Shown here piece after piece: positions 49,628 through 61,699 of a DNA stretch of 64,000 bases. The stretch's first letter is position 1, and each line of letters begins with the position of its first letter. This DNA is from Takakia lepidozioides (Eukaryota; Plantae; Bryophyta), in contig CM060731.1 in NCBI GenBank assembly GCA_030704615.1, positions 46,066,001 through 46,130,000 of the forward strand, read 5' to 3'. Position numbers and translations under genes: made by a program. Under the pieces are notes generated by a model. That model made no database searches and was not told the DNA's origin. It saw only the letters and a program-made list of their open reading frames with translations.

Positions 49628-51241
49628 CGAGGCGGTGTGTTACAGAGGGTTAATAGGTTACAGAGGGTTCAATGGTGGTGAGGGTTACAAAGGGTCACAG
49701 AGGGTTACATGGGTTATAGAGGATTACATGGAGTGAGGGTTACATAAGGGGTGAGGGCGACACTCTGCGGTGTTACAGAGGGTTACATGGGTTACAGAGC
49801 CTTAGAGGGTTTGTGAGGGTTACATGGTGGCGAGGGTGACACTCTACGGTGTTACAGAGGGTTACATGGTGGTAAGGGTTACACCTGGTGAGGGATATAG
49901 AGGGTCACAGAGGGTTACATGGTGGTGAGGGTTACAGAGGGTCAGAGAGGGTTACATGGAATGAGGGTTACATAGGGGTGAGGGTGACACTCTGCGTGTT
50001 GTTACGAGGGTTACATGGTGGTGAGGGTTACAAAAGGGTCATAGAGGGTTACATGGGTTACAGAGGGTTACATGGAGTGAGGTTACATAAGGGGTGAGGG
50101 TGACACTCTGCGGTGTACAGGAGGGGTTACATGGGTTACAGAGCCACAGAGGGTTACATGGAGTGAGGGTTACATGGGATGAGGGTGACACTCTGCGGTG
50201 TCACAGAGGGTTTGTGAGGGTTACGGAGGGTTACATGGTGGCGAGGGTGACACTCTGCGGTGTTACAGAGGGTTACATGGTGATAAGGGTTACACCTGGT
50301 GAGGGATATAGAGGGTCACAGAGGGTTACATGGGTTACAGAGGGTTACATGGTGGTGATGGTTACAGAGGGTCAGAGAGGGTTACATGGAATGAGGAGGT
50401 TACATAGGGGTGATGGTGACACTCTACGTGTTACAGAGGGTTACATGGTGGTGAGGGTTACAAAGGGTCACAGAGGGTTACATGGAGTGAGGGTTACATA
50501 AGGGTGAGGGCGACACCTGCGGTGTTACAGAGGGTTACATGGTGGTGAGGGTTACAAAGGGTCACAGAGGGTTACATGGATTACAGAGGGTCACAGAGGA
50601 TTACATGGATTACAAAGGGTTACTGAGGGTTACATGGAGTGAGGGTTACACTCTGCGGTGTTACAAAGGGTTACATGGGTTACAGAGGGTTACATAGGGT
50701 TACATGGGTTGCAAAGTGTACAGAGGGTTACATGTAGTGAGGGTTACATAGGGGTGTGGGGGTGACACTCTGCGGTGTTATAGAGGGTTACATGGGTTAC
50801 AGAGGGTTACATGTAGTGAGGGTTACATAGGGGTGGGGTGGGGTGACACTCTGCGGTGTTATAGAGGGTTACAGATTACATGGTGGTGAGGGTTACAGAG
50901 GGTCATGGGGTTATATGGGTTACAGAGGGTTACATGGGGGTGGTTGTGGCTTACACTCGGCGGAGTTACAGAGGGTTACATGGGGGTGATGGTTGTTGAA
51001 CCGGGGCGGGGGTTATAGGGAACTGGCGGACTGCTGGAAGCGACGGACTGGTGTCGCAGAACGACGACACGCCTGGCCGACGACGCCGATGGGATGAGGG
51101 CGGGGGTGGGGAGGGATTGACCGAGCCCAGCCGGCTGCCTTTCGATGTCTGCCGGAGGCGAAGAACCGGCGGTACGGGTGTCAGGGCTGGACCGTCCTGA
51201 CGCGCTTGCATTAAATTCTTACATTATTCCTATTATCTTCC
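49628..51241 (-). repeat. Right TIR: (AGGGTTAC) modular repeat plus unique terminus
   Basis: Reverse complement of the left arm; ORF 50966-51211(-) mirrors ORF 36141-36458(+). Confidence 0.92.
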
Positions 51242-51250
51242 ATAAGAAAA

Positions 51251-53220
51251 GGGGGGGAGAACACCGCGGAGGAAAAAATAACCTCCAGGAATGCCGTGAA
51301 GGCGTATCGCATGGGGAACATCCAGAGCACCTAGGGACGAGGGGGAGAAGCGTCGCCTAGCAGAACTAGGAGATATGTGACAACTTTCACAAAACAAGAT
51401 CACGAGGAGAAAAGACCAGCGCAGAAAGCATTAAGGTTCAGAAGCTTCATCTACGCAGGTAGTTCAGATTACTAAATGTCTGGTCCTATTGCGCCCACTT
51501 TCTGAGGCACACTACTGGCTGCCACTCCCAAAATCCAGATGCGCTTTCGATTTGGAGGAGCTCAGTTTTGATGTCGCCAATTGAGGCGCTTCGGAGAGTC
51601 AGCTGGCGATTTGCCAATCCCGGGGGATGTCGTCATTCCATTGGACTCTGCTCTGATTCCGATAGCCGGGTGCACGGTGTTGCCTTTTGCCCAGGAGAGG
51701 TCGAAGTCCGAGTATAGCTGCTAGCACCTTCCTTCACTACACCTGCTGCTGCTGCAATCAAAGTCATCCATGTTTTTTGCCCTCAATCATCAAATCCACA
51801 TATATTTTGCAGAGAATGGATCTGACATTGGGGCATTTTCCTTGATAAAGTAAGGAGCATCTAGCCTTCCATATAGACCAGAGAGAGAGAGCTCTAAGGG
51901 TCATCCATACTGGGCAATTGGACCATGAAGAAGAAACATTGTGCAAATGAGTAGCAGAAGGGTCGGAGCTAAAGAGGGTAGAGGTCCCCCCAATTAGAGA
52001 ATAGAAAAGAAATTCCTGACAGAGTGCCACACCCTGGCAGCAAACCGGACAGTGAATCAAACAGTGCTCTATCGTTTCACTTCTCCATTCTGGCATGATT
52101 TGCAGGCTGGGTCAATATCAGGTATGGAGATAGCTACTGGGAGGATCCTGTTGGCAATTATCCACAAAAAAGCACTGATTTAAGCAGATCTATGCTTTGC
52201 CCATATGTCCTTCCAAACACTACTCCATCCTTGGTTGCAGCTGCAAGGACCATTTCCCGTCCATTTAGACTTAAAATCTGGTTTCCAAGCAGTAGTCTAT
52301 AACCTGTTTTGACCGTGTAGCCCAAAAATGGAGTTATTGGAGGTGTTTTTCCAAGGCCCATTCTCCTGGGTCTATACTTGTAATCTGCTCAAAGGGAAAC
52401 GCAGGAACGAAAAGCAGCGGCGTCATGAATGCCCAGCAGAGCTCTTGACCAGGTGAGGGCTTGGGATCAGGCTTACCTGTGAGAGTCTCACACACTCTAA
52501 TCTTAAAGGCCTCTTCATGATGGCGATTGCCTTGAGCCCTGGAGCGAAAGAAGGCATCTTCGAAGAGTGGAAGACAGGGCCAAGCCACCACTGGTCATCT
52601 CTGGATTCAACGGCCAAGAGGGCTATGGGCACGTTTTCCCTGTAACTGCCAAAACCAACAGGGGAGGGGTACTGGCATTGCATCCATCGCCTGTTAAGAG
52701 AGGTAGAATATTCAGGACTCCCTGTCTGACATGCTCCCACCACTACGAATAGAGGAGGATGACAGCAGGTGGAGAAGCAGAGCAGGGTCAGAAATTTCTC
52801 CATTCTCCCACACATTTTCCACATGTGAAAGCCCCCTTAGATCCCAGGTTGCCCATTTTTTTGCTTAGAACAGTCAGGGGCACATGTCTAAGTTCTGATT
52901 TCCAACTATCCCTTTGGAGTGAGAGCCAGGCTGAGCAAAAAAGAGCCGCAACTCTGCATGGTCAAAACTGGGGTCCCAACAGAAGATTTCGCCCAAGGTA
53001 TAATCCCACTTGTGCAATAGATCCTATCCAGCCTAGACATCAGTAAGTCTTGGGGAGCTCTACAGTTAGACCAGATAAATTCAGCCCTTTTCTCCGGGGA
53101 TGGGAGATGTCTATGAAACCTGAAATGAAGAGGCAGACAGGCAGGGCGTCCCAGGCATTGAGCTCTTCGGTGTGAGATAAGACTGGATCTTGGATTTCAA
53201 ATATGACAGATAGATAGGCT
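51251..53220 (-). mobile_element. L1-like LINE remnant (error-rich duplicate of 56128-58071)
   Basis: SETIEHCLIHCP..LWSIWKARC; colinear with the post-gap copy. Confidence 0.75.
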
Positions 53221-54177
53221 TGTACAAATGTATATTGAACAACATCTCTGGTAAGGGTTTGAATTTTGAACTTTCATCCATTTTAGAAAATGCAGAAAGT
53301 TATTAGTTATTACCCGCCCAAAAATCCGAGTCATCCGGATGAAACGGCTTAGGTGCTAAACTCGATAATATTCATTAATTTGGCATAATTAAGTAATAAC
53401 ATTCTAATTTGAAAACTCTAATTCCTTATCCCGTAAAAAAGAGAAAAAAAGTTAAAAGGTAAAGTCTGTCTAGCGGATTACTGCTCAATGGCGTCGTGTT
53501 GAAGGAAAGGATGTCTCTTGATGGGGTGAAGGTTGAAGGTTGTTGGTGTGGTGTTGGTAATCGGTTCATCACTCAGATTTCTGGGCAGGTGTGACGCCCT
53601 GCGTTCTGTACATATTATACTTACTGACTTCAGATTTGGCTTTCGGTTGTTTTTCATTTGCAATTGCTAGTAGTAGCATACACTCCGAGGGGAATCAATT
53701 GCTGGTTGGTCTGTAGGTTGCTTCTCACTTGGGATCGGTGGTGAAGGAGATCACGGACAGGGGCTGGTAATGTGGGACCCAAGTAGAACTGTTTTCATGC
53801 ACCGTGTTACTTGACACACGTCTAGACAATCAATTGGGTAATTAATTTATGGGGGAAATACTGTGATTTCTGATTCTGACTCTTGATATGGCGTGGAGTT
53901 TTGCAGTGATTCTCTTTGGTGATTCTTTGGCTATATTGGCTACAGTATGTGTAATTCTGGACATCTGCTATGAGCCTCTTCAAAAGTGTATGGGCATCAA
54001 AACGAGGAGTGTTGGGTGCCTATATTTCCCATACCTGCTCCCTCCTTCTGACTCCCACCACTATCCGCTGAGGTGTGCTTTGATCAAACACAGTAAGGGC
54101 AAAGGGCATATAAACATCCGTTAAAAATGTGTGATCATGTTACCGAGTGTCGAGAGAAATTACGCATTCAACTTGCG

Positions 54178-55627
54178 GATGTTTTCAAAAAAATCCAGGC
54201 TTGTCAGCGCCTTAAAATGTCTAGAATTGGAATCCAAATTGGCATGCAGAGAGCTCCGGCTTCAACTGCTGGAAAGCAGACGGCAGCGTCTGTTCGACAA
54301 TGGACGTGGCGGAAAGCTTGGTCCCTGACGCGTTCATGGTTCACTCCATCACCACCATACTACAAGAGGAAAGCATTGAAATAAGAAGAGAGGCATGGAG
54401 GTCACAAGACTCTTATTGCAACCAGTGTGGATGTCATTCTCACTGTGTAAGGAAGGACGATTGAAGGAGGCACTGCGCATTTTGGACCTTATGGTCCAAC
54501 GAGGCATTCGAGCAGACTCTGCGGCTATGCCAGTCTCTTGCAGGGATGTGCCAAAAACAAAAGCTCTGGCAGATGGAAGGAGTCCATGCCCAATGAGTCA
54601 AAAGCGGATTCCAGGCAGACATCTTGTAGTGAAAAAACCTTCTCCGCCTTTGTATGCTCAAGTGTGGGAGTGTTTGTTTGGGATGTGCGTAGCGTCAAGT
54701 CTGTTCGATAAAATGCCCAAACGGAATGTGGTCTACTGGACCTGCAATGATTGCAGGATTTGCTCAGCATGGTTACAATGATGAGGCTTTTGTAACTCTT
54801 TCAGCAAATTGCAACAAGTAGGTGTTAAAGCCAATACCTTATCGATTCACCTTCCAACAAGCATGCCTGAATGCATCATTCTTGTGCCAGCCCCACGGCT
54901 CTGGGACGGGTGCAGGCACCTATGGTGCAGGCCGACCATCATCAAAGCGGATTTGACCTTTGAGTCGGCTGTTCATGTGGGAACTGCGTCCCCCAGCATG
55001 TATTTCAAATGTGGGAGTGTGGTGGATGCCTGCAAATGTGTCAACAAACATAATATCCCTGAACGAAATGTGGTCTCATGGAATGCAAGATTGGAGGATT
55101 TGTTCCGATGGTCACTACGAAGAGGTTTGATTCTTCGAGCAAATGCAAAATGGTTGATAATGGTTGTGAATCCAGAAGGTTCACATTTTGTTGGCCTGTC
55201 CTTAATGGCATGGCCAATCCTAGCCGCCCTGGAAGAGGGCCAACAACAAAAAGGTCCATTATCCCACTATCATTGAAGCCTGGATTGGTATCAGATTGTC
55301 TTGTGGCGGACTTGCACAAGTAAGCCGTGTATGCAACATGTGGGACGTCTGTTGGTGACTGCCCGCCAAGCATTGACCAAGATGCCGCCCCAATTATGTG
55401 GTCTCCTGGACTTGCAATGCTTGTCATGGACTTACACTCAGCCAAGGGCTGATAGTGGAACGAGTCGGTTTTCATATTTTCGAGCAGATGCACAAAAGTA
55501 TTCAGGCCCGCCGGCATCAGGCCTGACCAAACAAAGTTACCTTGACTAGCATGCTCGGCGTGTGTTTGCCCGACCAGCAGTATCGCAACAAGTGCATCAC
55601 GCTGGTCCAATGACCCACATCATCAGA
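54178..55627 (+). pseudogene. Indel-riddled partial copy of the PPR gene; probably an assembly artefact
   Basis: Colinear with 59041-60361; error density rises toward the gap. Confidence 0.6.
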
Positions 55628-56127
55628 NNNNNNNNNNNNNNNNNNNNNNNNNNNNNNNNNNNNNNNNNNNNNNNNNNNNNNNNNNNNNNNNNNNNNNNNN
55701 NNNNNNNNNNNNNNNNNNNNNNNNNNNNNNNNNNNNNNNNNNNNNNNNNNNNNNNNNNNNNNNNNNNNNNNNNNNNNNNNNNNNNNNNNNNNNNNNNNNN
55801 NNNNNNNNNNNNNNNNNNNNNNNNNNNNNNNNNNNNNNNNNNNNNNNNNNNNNNNNNNNNNNNNNNNNNNNNNNNNNNNNNNNNNNNNNNNNNNNNNNNN
55901 NNNNNNNNNNNNNNNNNNNNNNNNNNNNNNNNNNNNNNNNNNNNNNNNNNNNNNNNNNNNNNNNNNNNNNNNNNNNNNNNNNNNNNNNNNNNNNNNNNNN
56001 NNNNNNNNNNNNNNNNNNNNNNNNNNNNNNNNNNNNNNNNNNNNNNNNNNNNNNNNNNNNNNNNNNNNNNNNNNNNNNNNNNNNNNNNNNNNNNNNNNNN
56101 NNNNNNNNNNNNNNNNNNNNNNNNNNN
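55628..56127. other. Assembly gap, 500 N
   Basis: Run of N. Confidence 1.
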
Positions 56128-58071
56128 GAGAACACCGCGGAGGAAAAAATAACCTCCAGGAATGCCGTGAAGGCGTATCGCATGGGGAACATCCAGAGCA
56201 CCTAGGGACGAGGGGGAGAAGCGTCCGCCTAGCAGAACTAGGAGATATGTGACAACTTTCACAAAACAAGATCACGAGGAGAAAAGACCAGCGCAGAAAG
56301 CATTAAGGTTCAGAAGCTTCATCTACGCAGGTAGTTCAGATTACTAAACTGTCTGGTCCTATTGCGCCCACTTTCTGAGGCACACTACTGGCTGCCACTC
56401 CCAAAATCCAGATGCGCTTTCGATTTGGAGGAGCTCAGTTTCTGATGTCGCCAATTGAGGCGCTTCGGAGTCAGCTGGCGATTTGCCAATCCCGGGGGAT
56501 GTCGTCATTCCATTGGACTCTGATTCCGATAGCCGGGTGCACAGGGTGTTGCCTTTTGCCCAGGAGAGGTCGAAGTCCGAGTATAGCTGCTAGCACCTTC
56601 CTTCACTACACCTGCTGGCTGCTGCAATCAAAGTCATCCATGTTTTTTGCCCTCAATCATCAAATCCACATATATTTTGCAGAGAATGGATCTGACATTG
56701 GGGCATTTTCCTTGATAAAGTAAGGAGCATCTAGCCTTCCATATAGACCAGAGAGAGAGAGCTCTAAGGGTCATCCATACTGGGCAATTGGACCATGAAG
56801 AAACATTGTGCAAATTGAGTAGCAGAAGGGTCGGAGCTAAAGAGGGTAGAGTCCCCCAATTAGAAAAGAAATTCCTGACAGAGTGCCACACCCTGGCAGA
56901 AACCGGACAGTGAATCAAACAGTGCTCTATCGTTTCACTTCTTCCATTCTGGCATGATTTGCAGGCTGGGTCAATATCAGGTATGGAGATAGCTACTGGG
57001 AGGATCCTGTTGGCAATTATCCACAAAAAAGCACTGATTTAAGCAGATCTATGCTTTGCCCATATGTCCTTCCAAACACTACTCCATCCTTGGTCTTGCA
57101 GCTGCAAAGACCATTTCCCGTTCCATTTAGACTTAAAATCTGGTTTCCCAAGCAGTAGTCTATAACCTGTTTTGACCGTGTAGCCCAAAAATGGAGTATT
57201 GGAGGTGTTTTTCCAAGTCCATTCTCCTGGGTCTACTTGTAATCTGCTCAAAGGGAAACGCAGGAACGAAAGCAGCGGCGTCCTGAATGCCCAGCAGAGC
57301 TCTTGACCAGGTGAGGGCTTGGGATCAGGCTTACCTGTGAGAGTCTCAAACACTCTAATCTTAAAGGCCTCTTCATGATGGAGATGCCTTGAGCCCTGGA
57401 GCGAAAGAAGGCCATCTTCGAAGGAGTGGAAGACAGGGCCAAGCCACTGGTCATCTCTGGATTCAACGGCCAAGAGGGCTATGGGCACGTTTTCCCTGTA
57501 ACTGCCAAACCAACAGGGGAGGGTACTGGCATTGCATCCATCGCCTGTTAAGAGAGGTAGAATATTCATGACTCCCTGTCTGACATGCTCCCACCCACTA
57601 CGAATAGAGGAGGATGACAGCAGGGTGGAGAGCAGAGCAGGGTCAAGAAATTCTCCATTCTCCCACACATTTTCCACATGTGAAAGCCCCTTAGATTCCC
57701 AGGTTGCCCATTTTTTTGCTTAGAACAGTCAGGGGCACATGTCTAAGTTCTGATTTCCAAATATCTCCCTTTGGAGTGAGAGCCAGGCTGAGCAAAAAGA
57801 GCCGCAACCTCTGCATGGTCAAAATCTGGGTCCCAACAGATAAGATTTCGCCCAAGGTATAATCCCACTTGTGCAATAGATCCTATCCAGCCTAGACATC
57901 AGTAAGTCTTGGGGAGATCTACAGTTAGACCAGATAAACTTCAGCCCATTTTCTCCGGGGATGGAGATGTCTATGAACCCAACTGACAGGCAGAAGGCGT
58001 CCCAGGCATTGAGCTCTTCGGTGTGAGATAAGACATGGATCTTGGATTTCAATATGACAGATAGATAGGCT
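56128..58071 (-). mobile_element. Internally deleted L1-like LINE (end of APE joined to the C-terminal zf-RVT region, no RT core seen)
   Basis: FIWSN..SRLDRIY (57819-58052); WKDIW; CKSC..SETIEHCLIHCPVSARVW; LWSIWKARC. Confidence 0.75.
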
Positions 58072-59040
58072 TGTACACATGTATATTGAACAACATTCTC
58101 TGGTATAGGGTTTGAATTTTGAAACTTTCATCCAATTTTAGAAAATGCAGAAAGTTATTAGTTATTACCCGCCCAAAAATCCGAGTCATCCGGATGAAAC
58201 GGCTTAGGTGCTAAACTCGATAATATTCATTAATTTGCATAATTAAGTACTATAACATTCTAATTTGAAAACTCTAATCCTTATCCCGTAAAAAAGAAGA
58301 AAAAGTTAAAAGGTAAAGTCTGTCTAGCGGATTACTGCTCAATGGCGTCGTGTTGAAGGAAAGGATGTCTCTTGATGGAGGTTGAAGGTTGAAGGTTGTT
58401 GGTGTGGTGTTGGTAATCGGTTCATCACTCAGATTTCTGGGCAGTGTGAGCCTCCCTGCGTTCTGTACATATTATACTTTACTGACTTCAGATTTGGCTT
58501 TCGGTTGTTTTTCATTTGCAATGCTAGTAGTAGCATACACTCGGAGAGGGGAATCAATTGCTGGTTGGTCTGTAGGTGCTTCTCACTTGGGATCGGTGGT
58601 GAAGGAGATCACGGACAGGGGCTGGTAATGTGGGCCCCAAGTAGAACTGTATTTCATGCACCTGTGTTACTTGACACACTGTCTAGACAATCAATTGGTA
58701 ATTAATTTATGGGGAATACTGTGATTTCTTGATTCTGACTCTTGATATGGCGTTGGAAGTTTGCAGGTGATTCTCTTTGGTGATTCTTTGAGTATATTGG
58801 CTACAGTATGTGTAATTCTGGACATCCTGCTATGAGCCTCTTCATAAAGTGTAATGGGCATCCAAACGAGGAGTGTTGGGTATGCCTAATTCCCATACCT
58901 GCTCCCTCCTTCTTGACTCCCACCACTATCCGCTGAGGTGTGCTTTGATCAAACACAGTAAGGGCAAAGGGCATATAAACATCCGTTAAAAAGTGTCTCA
59001 TGTTACCGAGTGTCGAGAGAATTACGCATTCATCTTGCGG

Positions 59041-61699
59041 ATGTTTTCAAAAAAATCCAGGCTTGTCAGCGTAAAATGTCTAGAACTTGGACTCCAAATT
59101 GGCATGCAGAGAGCTCCGGCTTCAACTCTGGAATCAGACGCAGTCGTCTGTTCGACAATGGAGTGGCGGAAAGGGTGTCGGTCTTGGCACCTCCATCACC
59201 ACCACTACTACAAGAGGAAAGCAGCTTGAAAAAGCAGAGAGGCATGGAGGTCACAACGACTCTTTTGCAACCAGTGGGGATGTCATCTCACTGTGTAAGG
59301 AAGGACGATTGAAGGAGGCACTGCGCATTTTGGACCTTATGGTCCAACGAGGCATTCGAGCAGACTCTGCGGCCTATGCCAGTCTCTTGCAGGGCTGTGC
59401 CAAAACAAAAGCTCTGGCAGATGGGAAGGAAGTCCATGCCCAAATGGTCAAAAGCGGATTCCAGCCAGACATCTTGCTAGTGAACAACCTTCTCAGCATG
59501 TATGCCAAGTGTGGGAGTGTTTTGGATGCACGTCAACTGTTCGATAAAATGCCCAAACGGAATGTGGTCTCATGGACCGCAATGATTGCAGGATTTGCTC
59601 AGCATGGTTACAATGAAGAGGCTTTTGAACTCTTTCAGCAAATGCAACAAGTAGGTGTTAAGCCAAACAAGATCACCTTCACAAGCATCCTGAATGCATG
59701 TGCCAGCCCCACGGCTCTGGGACGGGGCAGGCAGGTGCATGCCGACATCATCAAAGCCGGATTTGAGTCGGCTGTTCATGTGGGAACTGCGCTCACCAGC
59801 ATGTATTTCAAATGTGGGAGTGTGGTGGATGCCTGCCAAGTGTTCAACAAAATGCCTGAACGAAATGTGGTCTCATGGAATGCAATGATTGGAGGATTTG
59901 TTCAGCATGGTCACTACGAAGAGGCTTTTGATTTCTTCGAGCAAATGCAATGGAATGGTGTGAATCCAGACAGGTTCACCTTTGTTGGCCTCCTTAATGC
60001 ATGTGCCAACCTAGCAGCCCTGGAAGAGGGCAAAAAGGTCCATACCCACATCATTGAAGCTGGATTGGTATCAGATGTCTTTGTGGGGACTGCACTAGTC
60101 AGCATGTATGCCAAATGTGGGAGTGTGGTGAATGCCCGCCAAGCATTTGACAAGATGCCGAAACAAGATGTGGTCTCATGGACTGCAATGATTGCAGGAT
60201 ACACTCAGCAAGGGTATAGTGAAGAGGTTTTCATACTTTTCGAGCAGATGCAACAAGTAGGCATCAGGCCAAACAAAGTTACCTTGACTAGCATGCTCGG
60301 AGCTTGTGCCAGCCCAGCAGCTCTGCAACAAGGCAAGCTGGTCCATGACCACATCATCAGAGCTGGATTCCACTCGGATGTTGGTGTCGGGACTGCCCTT
60401 GTCAACATGTATGCCAAGTGCGGGAGTGTGGCAGATGCACGCCTAGTGTTTGACAAGATGCCAAGACGGAATGTGGTCTCCTGGACTGCCATGATTGCAG
60501 GATATGCCCACCATGGTCATGGTGAGGAGGCTTTTGAACTCTTTCTGCAAATGGAACGAGAGGGCGTGCAACCAAACAAGATCACCTTCATAATTATTCT
60601 CAATGCATGTGCTGGCTTAGCAACCCTGGAAGAGGGCAAGCAGGCTCACGTCCTTTTAATTCAAGCTGGACTTGAAACAGATATCTGTGTACAGAATGCT
60701 CTTGTCAGCATGTATGCAAAGTGCGGGAGTGTCACAGATGCACGCCAAGTGTTTGACAAAATGCCTGAGCGAGATGTGGTCTCCTGGAATGCGATAATTG
60801 CAGGATATGCACAGCATGGGGATGGCAAAGAGGCCATTCTACTCTACAAACAGATGCAACAGGGAGGGTTGCCCCCAGACGAGGTTACTTTCATTGGTGT
60901 CCTCTCTGCATGCAGTCATTCAGGCCTAGTAGATGAAGGACATTATTACTTCAGTTCGATGAGCAGAGATCACAGCCTCGTACCAACAGAAAAGCACTAC
61001 AGCTGCATGGTTGGCCTTCTTGGCAGGGCAGGGCGCCTGGATGAGGCTAAAGATTTTGTCCGCAGAACCCCATTTGAGCTTGGTGCTTTAGGGTGGGGGG
61101 CATTGCTTGGTGCATGCAGAGTTCATGTCAATGTCGAGCTAGCAGAACATGCAGCTGAATGTAAGCTCAGGTTGGAGCCAGAAAATGCTGGAGTGTATGT
61201 GATACTATCAAACATCTATGCCGCAGCTGGCAGATGGGACGATGTAGCAAAAGTGAGAAAAATTATGGGGAACAGAGGTCTGAGTAAGGAGCCAGGGCGC
61301 AGCTGGATTGAGATTAAGAACAGGGTGCATGTATTTGTTGCGGAAGATAGATCACACTTACTAACAGAAGAGATCTACGTGGAGTTGGAGAACCTAACTG
61401 GGAAAATGAGGAAGGCAGGGTATGTACCGGACACACGCTTCGTGTTGCATGATGTGGATGAGAAGCAGAAGGAATGGGCTGTCTGCCACCACAGCGAAAG
61501 GCTGGCCATCGCATTTGGGCTCATCAGCACACCCCCTGGAACATCTATTCAAATCATCAAGAACTTGCGCATATGTGGCGACTGCCACACTGCCTCCAAA
61601 TACATCTCAAAGATTGTTGGACGAGAAATTGTTGCAAGGGATGTCAACCGCTTTCATAAGTTCAAGAATGGGGTGTGTTCATGTGGGGATTATTGGTGA
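59041..61699 (+). CDS. PLS-class pentatricopeptide repeat protein with E and DYW cytidine deaminase domain (organellar C-to-U editing factor), intronless
   Basis: 870-aa ORF with ~101-aa P-L-S periodicity (MYAKCGS..FDKMP..VVSWTAMI); PG box PGRSWIE; HSERLA and CGDCH Zn ligands; ends CSCGDYW. The start is inferred at ATG 59041 across a probable 1-nt error; first in-frame ATG is 59339. Confidence 0.95.

Larger units (their letters stand above)
36111..51241. mobile_element. 15.1-kb Mutator-like (MULE) foldback element with 9-bp TSD ataagaaaa
   Basis: Termini ggaagataataggaataatgtaagaa.. and ..ttcttacattattcctattatcttcc are inverted repeats; ataagaaaa at 36102-36110 and 51242-51250; internal transposase and SWIM motifs. 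Confidence 0.93.

Noticed and set aside
54178-55627. Genuine tandem PPR paralogue
   Set aside because: The error gradient toward the gap and the co-duplicated flanks indicate an assembly overlap.
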